NCBI GenBank assembly: GCA_043228905.1
Contig: JBHGNT010000006.1
Location: 22,630,001 to 22,694,000 of the forward strand
Direction of reading: 5' to 3'
Origin: Azolla caroliniana
Taxonomy: Eukaryota > Plantae > Polypodiophyta
Length of the DNA stretch: 64,000 nucleotides
Shown here: positions 10,813-22,800 of the stretch, in pieces
Numbering within the stretch: the stretch's first letter is position 1
How the letters are laid out: each line of letters begins with the position of its first letter
Notes under the pieces: generated by a model
Told to the model about the DNA's origin: nothing
Databases searched by the model: none
What the model saw: the letters and a program-made list of their open reading frames with translations, nothing else
Position numbers and translations under genes: made by a program

Positions 10813-13800
10813 GTAAAGAACAAAATAAAACACATAATTAAGTGACGTGGAAAGTCTATATTTTTATGATTGGTCATTAATGTCCAGTTTATTGTTGTGA
10901 TGGAGTTTTGTCGGGTCACAGAAGAAGTTGACGAGATTCAACTCAAGAAAAAATAGATATGACATTCGACTGTCACCATAGACCTTTGTAGCATTCTCCA
11001 TACCAATAATAGTTCATCCCTGGCCTTTCTAGGCCGTTTCGGCTATATTTAAGCAATTAGCTATAATGGCATTCATATTCATAAACTCTGGGATGGTAAA
11101 TATGTCTTAATTATGAGCAGGAAATTTGTGAAATTAGAGAAGCTCTAGAGCTCTAGGTCCTCGGAAATATTCAGGATATTAGTTATATTAATGTTTAAGC
11201 TATTAGCTATATCCGTTTTCATATTACAAAGCTCATATCCAAACCCTAGGCAATAAAAATGATCCTAATAATTTAATACATCTACTGTGGAAACATAAAA
11301 TAGATGTAGATTTTCAAGGAACTTAGGTTTGTTTAGGCTATTAGCTATACTGGTGTTCACATTACAAATATCACCCCAAAACTCTAGGCCGGTAAACTTG
11401 TCTCATTAATTTAGGACATCTACTTTGAAAATAGAGTAACCATAATTTTTTAAGATCCATGGCTGTATTTACAGTATTAGCTTTTAAAGATGTTTGCACT
11501 GCAATGGTTCCCGAGGATGGTAAACATGTCCTACTTTTCTACCATGAATATTGGTGTTGAAATACTTTCAGAAACACATAGGAGCTTGGACTCGCTACTG
11601 TGGGATACTCAAAAAGAGAGAAAAAGCTTGTGTAGATATTACCCTAATTCATTAGATTTGTTGAGACGTCCTTGTTCTATGCCATTCAATGCACAAACAT
11701 ATGAAAGGAACTATTATTCCTTTGATTGCTAGTTCTATTTTGGAATATTATTAGTAGGAAACATTGTTGTTAAGTTCCTAAAGGTTTGAAAGGCTCAGAA
11801 TTTATTTTAAATGACTGCTTCAGGATTGTATCGAGAGGAAATGCAGAGTTTTGTGTATGAGCAAAGATGCTAGGAACAAACAGCCATCTGAAGAAGATAT
11901 CAGAGATTCTGAATACATATATTTGAAGGTATACAATGTTGATCGTAAGAAGCTATCCAATCTGGAGGGAATTGTGAAGATACTTGGGCCAGATGGTATG
12001 ATTTCCTATATCTAAACACTATATGTTCTTAATTCGAGTGGGAACTCAAATCTTTCATTACTAATAATGCTAATCATAATTAGGAATTGTGTGATATTTT
12101 AGTTCTTTTCAACAAGCCAGAGTGGGTCAGTGACAAACATTCCAATAAAAAAGATGTAGCTATTGATGTGGATGTCCAATCAACCCCAGAAAGTGGGCAT
12201 CAAGTATGTCAAGTCAGTAATCATGAATTATACTGTGAGAAAATATACACTAGTCAACATTTTTTTATCTTCGATTGTTTTTCTGCTAGACGGATTCTGA
12301 AAAGGGATCAAGAGATGGTGAAGATTTGCGAAGGAAAATTGAGCCTTCAGAATTTAAATCAGCTTCACGAGGTATAAAGAGGTTTGGGTCTACTATTGAA
12401 GATGGCAAAGAGAAGAGAATAAAATTTGATGGTAGTACGAAGCATGAAACGGTGAGGACATCAAAAGGTATGACATTTCCATTATCTCCACCCCCAGTGA
12501 CAAGATCAGCAAGTGCGAAAAAGAGTGAACAGCACACAACAAAGGTGGAAATGCCAAGTATAGAGGAAAAGAAGTCCTCAACAGTAGAAAAGATCATTTC
12601 TAATTCAGAGGATTCATTGCTCAAAAATTCTACATGCTTTGAAAATTTCATACCAGCACGTGCTAGGAGCGAGCAAATTCAATATGAGGCCAATATCCTG
12701 CTTCAGAAGGTTTAATCTCTAGTGGCTATATAAATGTTATTCTTTGTTTCTGAACAAATTTCTATAGATTCTGCATAAGGATGTTCTTCCATCTGTTTTC
12801 GCATAGTGTAATTCCGTTTCATATTTCTTATTGCCCAAGTCTTTGGGTTCTGCTCCAATGTGAAGGAGTTGTTTCTTTTTTCCCTTTACCAATACCTATG
12901 GTCATTCTAAGAAAATTGAGCACCTTAAAAGAATTGAAGTGAAATATTGAATCAATTTTGACCAAAGGAGATGATATTGGTACCAAGTCAGATCACTATG
13001 TTTAGGATTAGACCACGACATTCAGGCTGACAACCAATTTAAAGAAAAGAAAGAAATTGAGAAAAATACTAAGTTATATGCCTATTGTTAAAAAGGCTGT
13101 TCCTTGGTGTGAAGAGGAAGAACTGTAAATCTTCAATCAAACCAATGGTGAATGCCTTTCTTGGTCTATATGAAATGTGCTATATGTTATCTTTTGGGAA
13201 GTCGAACCATGCTTGACTCTGATCCCACTTCATCCTCCACACATGGCCATAGTCCATGCAGCTAATAGGGCCCATAATCTACTTATAGTGAACAGCATAG
13301 AGCAGTCCATCAAAATTGAGCCAAAGAATATTGATCTAGTATATGAACATGCAAGACTGTAAAAATTACATTATTATCTGATCATGTCCAATTCCGTTTG
13401 ATGATGGCTTCGATCTTTTGAAGATATACAAATCGAAGATACTGTCCCCGGTGGTGTTGATGATATCCATGACAAAGAGCAATGGCTTTAGTTGTCCATC
13501 TTTGTGTCTAATTGCACATTTTGATTGGCCCAAGTTTGTTGTATGTCCACTTCAATTCTATCTGTTGCTATTAATTTAGTTCTCTCGCACTTAGATATAT
13601 AAATAGATGGACAGGCAAAGTGGATATACTCAAATCATGGAACTGTGTCCATATCCATGCTTTGTATGGGACTAATATTTCATTATGAAAACCAATAATG
13701 GGTTTCACCATCGTCTACTAGTTGTATAGATGTGTTGACACCCAATCGTGGATGGCATGGTGTAGACAATTCTCAGATTTGACGTCTACAAGTTATGACC

Positions 13801-16800
13801 TGAAAAAAATGCTTTAGTGGCTATCGGGGCTGCTCTCAAGTCAGCTCTAATTATCTCATGTGGTACAGATTTTTTGTGCCCTGACATGCAAGCAATTATA
13901 CAACTATCTGCTTGAAGTTTCTCCAATCTTCCATATTGCAGATTTCTGGTTCCCATTTTCAAGTACACAAATTCACATATATATGGGAATTACATTACTA
14001 AACCCTGTTTTTCCTCAAAAGAGACATTCACAGCCAGACTTTCTAGATGGTTTTCTGATTTGGGGGCACTTGAGAGACAATATACTTACGTAGTTGGAAG
14101 AACTACACATCAAACTAGTGTTGTTAAATATGTTAGTCACACCCATCCTCTACACTAAATAGAACGGACAATCCAACCTATTTAATCCATGCCTGAGTTG
14201 TCTTAGTCCTAGCAATGTGCAAAGAGAGATTTCTTGTTCAGAAAATGCATGTAGAGCAGCTAAATGTTTTTTGTAAGCTCTCACGGATTCCAAGATCAAG
14301 ATAATATTGTCTGCAGATAGAAATGTGAATATAAGCTCTTTGGTAAGACTTGCGATGAGTCTACCCGATATGTCTGTGTTATCATAAGGGGCTATCGTTG
14401 TTTAACCCCAATGATGCTGGCACCATGTTTGATATCCTCTGGGGGCCTGAATAATTTGAAGATCAAGATAATGTTGTTTGCATATAGAAGTGTGGAAATG
14501 AGTACTCTAATAAGACTCTCTATAGGTCTTTCTAATCTATCTATGCAATCTTAAGGGCCATCCTTGTTTTACCCCAATGATATTGGCACCATGTGTGTCC
14601 TCTGCTCACAAAGTGCATGTCGAACATCTCGATGTTTTTGCAAACCCTCAGGAGTGTCTGAGATCAAGACAATATCATCTGCATATAGAATGTGGATGAG
14701 TACTCTGTTCAGACTTGCAATGGTTTCACCCAATCTATTTATGTAATCTTAAGGGCCATCCTTGTTTTACTCCAATGGTGCTGGGATCATGTATGATACT
14801 CCTCTGGGGTCTGAATCTTTCATGATACCGATTTACAGAGTGCATGAATTCCCTATTGCATATCTTTTCACACCTCAATAATTTGTAATCGTGACACTAT
14901 GTCAAAGACTTTATCGGAGTTCTTCAAAGCAGCAATATACCCTCTGTCGCAGGGTATGCCTTCTATCCACGAAGGTAAAAGAAATACCAGCTCATCTATG
15001 ATCCTAACGTTGTAAAGTTCATGATCGGTTACTTCGATCGATTTCCTTTTCATCCCCCTCACAAATGGTTTGAGTGTCTATATATGCCTCTCAAAAGATC
15101 CTTTGCATGTAAGTCAAATGCTGCCACATGTACTTTCAATGGCATGCATGGAACGTACCAACGTTAAACCATGCAATTGTGTCTACTGATGTTTCAATAG
15201 GCTTTTCAAGGGTTCAATATGGATACATAATTCATATTTAAGGCTTGTACCGCATATTAGAGTTTTGAACCTTTGATCATATAAAGCTGAACCATCTTCA
15301 ATTCAAACATTTATTCTTCTAGTTGGAATTTATTTCGTGATATAAATAACTTGAGAAGACCCATCCCCTTTGAACTTGCATACCTGTGGTGCAAAGTTCA
15401 GGCATTGGACGTCAATCCTCAACCTAGTTATCAAAATCTTCTTCCTCGTGTTCCCCTTCTAGCTTTGGTTCTGCAGATTCCCATTCAAGTTCATTGAAGT
15501 AGTATGCTTGGAAGTTACTTCTGTCCTGTCGAGTTCATTGAGGTAGTAGGTGGGCTTTATCTGTGACTTTTCTAATCTCATATGGACCGAACCACCCCTT
15601 GGCAAATTTTCCACTGGTGCTATGTTGGTTATCAAGACTACTGTCTAGCACCAACACCCAATCTCCTTGGATCTTCCATGGTCTTATTCTCTTAATCTTG
15701 TCAAACCTGATTTTTTCATGGACATTTGATTTCTTTATCCTTTCTATTGTTTTTTCTACATCTTTTGCTCTACATTCAAGTTGTTGAATCCGTATTGCCA
15801 GTAAATTTTCCTTGCTTTCTCACTCCCAAGGGAGCATTGTCCATGTCAGTATCTTTTCTTCCATCAACATTACTGGCTTTTGGCTTGTATGAGTTTTATC
15901 GACATTTACCTTGCATTGAGCTGTGGTAGTCCTGTCTGCCCACAGAGCATAAGATAGAACCTTCAGCCAATCCTTTGTATGCCCTTTGCATGCTTTTGCT
16001 AACGCTTTAACTATTGGGCCATCTCCTCTTTCTATTTTGCCGTTAGCATTAGGATTGTGTGCTGCTGATAGAGATAGTCTAATCATGATCTTGTCAAAGA
16101 AGTCTCATGCCTCGTAAGAATTTAGCTTGTGCTTATCAACTATTGTCTTCCCTATGCATCTCTATCGACAAAAAATATCCGCTACAGGTAAACTGCCGAT
16201 GTTGTCTTTGATCTTAATGCTCTTCCCTCAACTTGGTTTGTGAGCTCCTCCTGTGCTAGCATTAAAACTTATTTTCCTTTGATCTCATAAGCATGGCTAC
16301 CAGGTCTATCATCCATTACAATGCACACCTGGTGAGTTTGTTGGGTGTCACTAGTCCTTGTATCTAGTGTTGGAGGAAAACTGATAAGTTGGGCAAGAGT
16401 CAATCTATCTCTTTATGTTGTAAAAACCAGGCCACCAATGTCTTTGTTTTATTTTGCTGCATATCGCCCAAACCCCATGTCCTGCCCATTCTTTATCATG
16501 CATTTCTCCGAGTATTTGTTTATGCTGCTCTCTGTGACAGATAAATCGCTGCAGGCTTCCTATCTTGAATTTTGGATGGCACCATAGATGTCCTTCGTGC
16601 AGGAAAAATCTATGAGCCTTCTTGCGGAAGTTCGAGTTCATCTGTACTCAGATTCCCTGCTTTCCTGGCGCCTTAAGATATCTGCCAATCTCCTTAAACT
16701 TTTCATTATAATTTGCCTCTATGAATTCCCTTTCTTCGTCAAGGGCAATCATTCTAGTTATGTTTGTGGCTAGAGCTTTTTGTTCTCCCTCTTCATCGTC

Positions 16801-19800
16801 TGATTCCGGAGTCTCTTCTTTTCAATCACATTCCCTATTCTGCAATATCCTATATTTTTCAAAATTGACTACCCTGTAATACTATAGTGGCACCATTAGC
16901 TGATGTTGCATACATGCCACCTTTGCTCATTGTAACCACCTTGGGGTTTTTAGTACACCCTGGACTGTGACAACCCCTTCGTGCAATGGCCCTTTCTGAA
17001 ATCACGAAATCTCGAAATCTTTCAAGTCTTCATCTTCTCTCTGACTGTATGATCTCAGAGGAGCTCCTTGTTCCTTTCTTGATTCAAATGGACTATGAGG
17101 AATTGCACTGACCACCTCCCATCCCGACTCTTGATGCCCACAAATGCCGAGCTGTCATCAATCACCTTTATCTCTGTTTTGACTGCTGTGATATATAGCT
17201 GGCCTAGAATCACTGTGTAGGGACATTTATCCCACACGAATTCTATTTTGCAGACACATCCCTTATTGTTACTTTGACATTCAGACATGACCCATAGAGA
17301 TTCTCAGTTGTATCTGATGCCACCTAGACCTTCCATCCATGACTTTTTTCAATCAGCCATGTGCCATATGTGTAAAACTTCAAGGACATTATATTTACCT
17401 CGGACCCGTGATCGACCATAGCCACACATGGCTCTAATTGCTCAACAATATTTACCAGTTGGGTCCTGTTGTAGTGTGAGCCCAATATCTACATGTTTAG
17501 TGGCTTTCATCCTGATCTTGCATTTTCCTAGAATTGGAACCTTGCACTTCAGGTCAGTTGCACCACCTATGTCCTCTATGACTTGCCTCTTTCATCGGAT
17601 GACATCTATTATTACTCTGGGAAATTCTTTCTTTGCGATCCCTAACACTTCTTTAAGAGTGAATTCTACTTTACTTCTTATCTTATTTACTTTTTTTTTA
17701 CTTAACATTTATTTTGGTTTGTTGTTCTCAAACATGAGACAACACTTAAGATGTAATCTCTTGTTTGGTCCTATAGACCATTTTGGCCTATTAAAAGACG
17801 TTAATATATCTTTCTTTCTATCTTTACTATCTAAATTTTTTGTTTCAAGGGCTTGCCTAATGTCAGTGACCACCATGGTTGTTTACGTACCCATATTTAA
17901 CGTTTAAATACGTATAGTACCTCATAATTTGTATAGTACGTACTATACCTCAATGTTGTTCAGTCAAATATCATGTACATTTGTCCAATACGGTATTTAA
18001 CGTACATTTGAAAAAACAGGTATAATACGTTTTTATAAAAAAATGTAAGTAAAATCCCACCAAAAAGAAAAAGAAAAAAAAGATTTTAGTGAAAAAGAAG
18101 CAAAAAGAAGGAAGAAAGAAGAACAGAAGAGATGATGATGAAGAAGAACAAGAAAAAGAGAAAAGAAGACAGAAACTTGTCTCGACTCTGAGTGTGATAA
18201 TCATAGAAGATAGAAGAAGAAGAAGAAGATGAAGAAGAGAGAAAAGAAGACAAAAACCTATAATGAGTGTGATAATCGTATACGATTCCTCAATCTATGA
18301 AGGCATAATCGTAAATAATTACAATTTGAAGTAGAACATTGTGATACACACTTACATTGATTTATAGAACAAGTGAATGTCGACATCCATATTATAAGTA
18401 TTTTAGGATGCGAAATGTTCAAATGTCTTATATGCATTTTAGGATGTAGAACTATAATGTACATCACAAAATTGTGTAAACATAGATGCTTTTTACAATA
18501 TTACAAATATTTTTTAGAAAGGTAAATAATTTTTAAATTCTAGAAGTATTTAACGTACTATACCTATTTTATAGGTGTTTAACATATTAAAAAAGGTATT
18601 TAACGTATTTTTAAATTGGGAGGTACTATAGGCATATTAATATGTTATATACGTATGGTATCCATACGTATCGTATCTAACGTACCTAACAACCTTGGTG
18701 ACCACCTTGATGTTTGATGCTAGCTTGAATGTAGGAGATGAATATTCTTTTGCCTTTTCTTTTTTCCACCTTTTGCTCGTGCTGTTTTTCCGACTTCTCT
18801 TTTCTTTTGCTCCCATATCTCTGGCCTAACATTCTCTATCATTCTTCTTTCCTTTCCACTTTAACTTCTGGGCATTAAGCTTTCTATCCTTGTGATTGTT
18901 ATCAGGATATTTATTGGGGCATTCCACCCAACACTGCTATGAATCTCAATTCTTTGGTCACAACTTTTCCTTTCCCTGCACTTTCATTAATTTTATTCCA
19001 AAACTGAAATCGAAATTAAGAATCTTCAACCTTTGATCGGGAAGTTGCCTAATAAACTGCTTGAATCCTTTCTTTAGCCCCATCACTCTGCTTGTGCTAC
19101 AAGTAAATCAAGGGCTACACAAATAGGCTCTTGACTAGGAAATAACAAAGAGGTTACAATAGATCAGGCAACAATAATTTGTTGTGCACGTAGACCCCAA
19201 CCCCATAGACCACAATTTCACCAACCTTGTCATCAACAAAGAAAGGCAATTATCTCCCGCCATCGCAGTTGCTTCCCTTGCTTTCAAGACCTCTCCATTT
19301 TAGATCGACCTATACTAGATGTATTTCGAAGAGAAAAATTACAATATATTTCGAATTACATGCAAAGGGTCTTTTGAGATGTATATATGGTACATTTGAT
19401 CTCTCTCTCTCTCTCACTCCCAATTCCTCTAAATCTATCTATCTCTATCTCATTTTCTTTCTTGCTCTCTTTGTCTCACCTTGTTCATAATCTAAGTGGT
19501 TCCATTGCAATTATCACAAATTTTTTGTCTTAAAAGTTCAATCTTGAATATTCTTGTTGAATATTCGCCTATCATTACTATTTAGTGTTCTGACACATGT
19601 TGCATCTTCATCTTTCCACAAGGAGATCATCCGTGCTGAATTGGCAGCACCCCCCATGATGGTAGAAGCATTACATAGTACGTAAAATTCGTGTTCGTCT
19701 AGCATAACATTCGTTTTCCTATGTTGGAAAACGAATGCGAATGTTATTCAAACATTCTTGTGTTTTTTTTTTTGTTTTTTCCCCATTTTTTTAATGTTTT

Positions 19801-22800
19801 TTTTCCATTTTTAGGCTTATTTACTTCATAATAAATAGTTGATCCAAAAGTATGGTATTTATCATTCTTTGACGGTGTTTTTCTTACGCGAATGATTGAA
19901 ACAATCACGAATGCGAATGAATTTATGGTACGTATGGTTCATACTATGAAGCATTATTTTAGGTGGTGCACATCATAAATCATATTCAAACCATGCCACC
20001 TCAAAGAATTACATGCAAGGCATTTGATGCTTCGAAGCAAATGGCGATGGTAGAACATGCAAAAAGGTCATGGTACTTATAAGTGATTTTGTTATATTCA
20101 TAAACTTATAATCCGATTCTATAACTAAATTTAGTGGGTTAAAGATAGTTGGGAATCTAGTTTTCCTAGGAACAAGGACAAACCTATAAGACCCTATGAC
20201 AAGTGGGAACAAGTGGTGGTTTATGAACCTTGGCTGTTGGATTGAAATAATGATGACTAATAGATAGATAGATTCTATTATCATCGTCAGAGGTTGAATA
20301 TGACCTATAAGACAAAAAATATTACATTTCACATGATACATGAGCCAAGTCGCATGGAACTGATGGTTTGAATTGTAGACAACGGGATAGGCTCTAACAC
20401 ATATCGATGTGTATGGTTTCCCGGTTCTGTGAAGAATATGGTTTTGTAGTTAGGTGCCACATGTGTAGTATAATGTGTGAAGTGTGAGCCTCCAAATTTG
20501 TCCCATGTCATGGTACATTGGTTCTAACATGTATCGATGTGTATGGTTTCCTTGTTTTGTGAAGAATATGGTTTTGTAGTTAGGTGCAACATGTGTAGTA
20601 TAATGTGTGAAGCGTGAGCCTCCACATTTGTCCCATGTCATGATACATGTTGTAAAAATGCCCCATTTACAGAGGAATCTAGTGGTGCATCATGAACGTG
20701 TGTTGCATCCCATCTGCCAAACCATTTTTCTATGTCTTGGATCCAACCAGAACACAAAAATTTGCTTTGATGCGTCTTTTGGATCTTTTTGCTTGCTCCC
20801 CTTGCAATTCTAGGAAATTGATGTGAGGGGCTTTTTTGATCCTTAAGCATATATTCAACAACCCTTTCCATGGCCATGATCTCAATGGAAAGTGATCCCA
20901 TCTCAAGGAGGGTGTATGGCGTTTGTTCATAACTTGTAGAAACTTTACAAGAAAATGTTTTTGTACATTTTCAAACTCTTTCCATGTAGATTTAGGGATG
21001 CTACCACCCTATACTTCCACCCCATAGAGAAGCACCGGTGTCACCAAATTGTCAAAAAGTATTTCTCGAGAATCCAACACTTAATATCTCCATGATTGCA
21101 TGTGTTCTCGAATGCATAATATGCTCTCTTTCCCGCCTCTAAGCGGGTTTAGCACATTCATTCCATCTATAATTTGAAGGAACTTCAAGGCCAAGATATT
21201 GAAGTTTTCCACACATTCAAGTGGCTCATTATTGTACATAATACATGGTTTATATTTTGTTTTTGCTCTTCACAAGCATAATCTTTATTTTAGAGCTGTT
21301 GACACTTAATTTACTAAGCTGCACTTGTAAAACATTTCCATAGCTTAATTTAACCGCACCAACCAACCTTGCATACAAAACTTGGTCACCACTATTCATA
21401 TATATTAGCTATGCACTTCATGCTTGTAAACCATCTCAAAAATTATTCCATCACATGCATTAAGAATCATGATCATGGAGCTTTAGGAAACCTAAAGCTA
21501 TTATTTTTGTTTTAGTATGGATATTATGAATTCTGTTCGCAGTCATGATTTGTCTCATAGGACAAATTTGGCCTTCAGGAGACGTTATATCTTTCTTTCT
21601 TTCTTTCTTCTCTCTCTCTCTCTCCATCTCTATTTAGGAACAAAAATTTTTCTCAGCTTGTAAATACATTGACTAGTTTATTATTACTTGTTAACAGGCG
21701 CTGGATATGAACATTGAGGAGAGTTTGCCCCTTGGAAAGGTTGTCCTGCTGCATAATCTGGATCCTTCATTTACCTCCGCAGACGTCCATGTATGTTGTA
21801 GCTAAACTTAAGCTAATCTTTGATCGATACCGTGTTCAACCCATTCTTTGTAGAGGAGTTGTGAATTTGTTTGTAGATGATTTCTCAGGAGAAGTAAATA
21901 AAGTATGGATAAACATTCTGCATCGATTTTTGTCGTTAGCCTGAGGAGTTTGCATAGTATTGAAGACCGTGCCATCAATTTATATTACAACATTTAGGGC
22001 ATATTTGCATGATTTATGTTTGACCAATGTCGTGGTTCAACAATTGCATACCAATACATTGAAATTTAACAGGTTTAAAGTGTATACACATGTTATAATC
22101 AAGGATTTGTTTCTTTCCTTTTAATTGCAGAAATTATTTTCACAATAGTAAATATTGAACCTTTTTAAATTTTGACATTTCCATTTTATCTTGTCAGGAT
22201 TTGGTGAGCGAGGCATTCAAAGGATGTTTAGGTGGCCAGATATTGACTAAATGCTTAGCCTCATCTACATCCTTTGGTAATTAATTGCTGAGTGCATACT
22301 TTCAGTTATTCTGAATTAAGAGCTATACGAAGAAGGTGTAGAAATATATCACTCAAAGCTCAACAAATTTGATAAAAGTTATGAATGGTACATCGGTTTT
22401 ATATATGGTACATTGTGTTTTGTTTCACATGCAATAGTGCACGCGTTGCTTGTATTCGAGACGGAGGACTTAGCAAAATCTGCTGTCCATGAACTTGAAG
22501 AGAATTGCCTTGTTTTAACAGGTTGCGAAAGGTCTGAAATTCAATCTGGAAAAGCATTCCACTTGTTTTTGAAGAAATCTGTGATTGATGTTTAATTTTG
22601 GTGCTGATAGGCCTTTAGTTGCGAGTAAGGTGGAATCCCCTGAACTTGGAAAAGTATTACGATTTCCTGGCCATTTTCCACTGGACAAATTTAAACTATG
22701 GAAGCAATGCCAACTAGATCTAATGGTATGTGAATTATTATAAGAATGGCGTTTTAGTTGGAAACATAAGATGAAACAACAAAAATTTCTAGCTATATAA

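Noticed and set aside
10813-10845. Treating ORF 10465-10845 as a stand-alone 126-aa gene
   Set aside because: A GT donor at 10813 and in-phase downstream exons complete the BAH domain.
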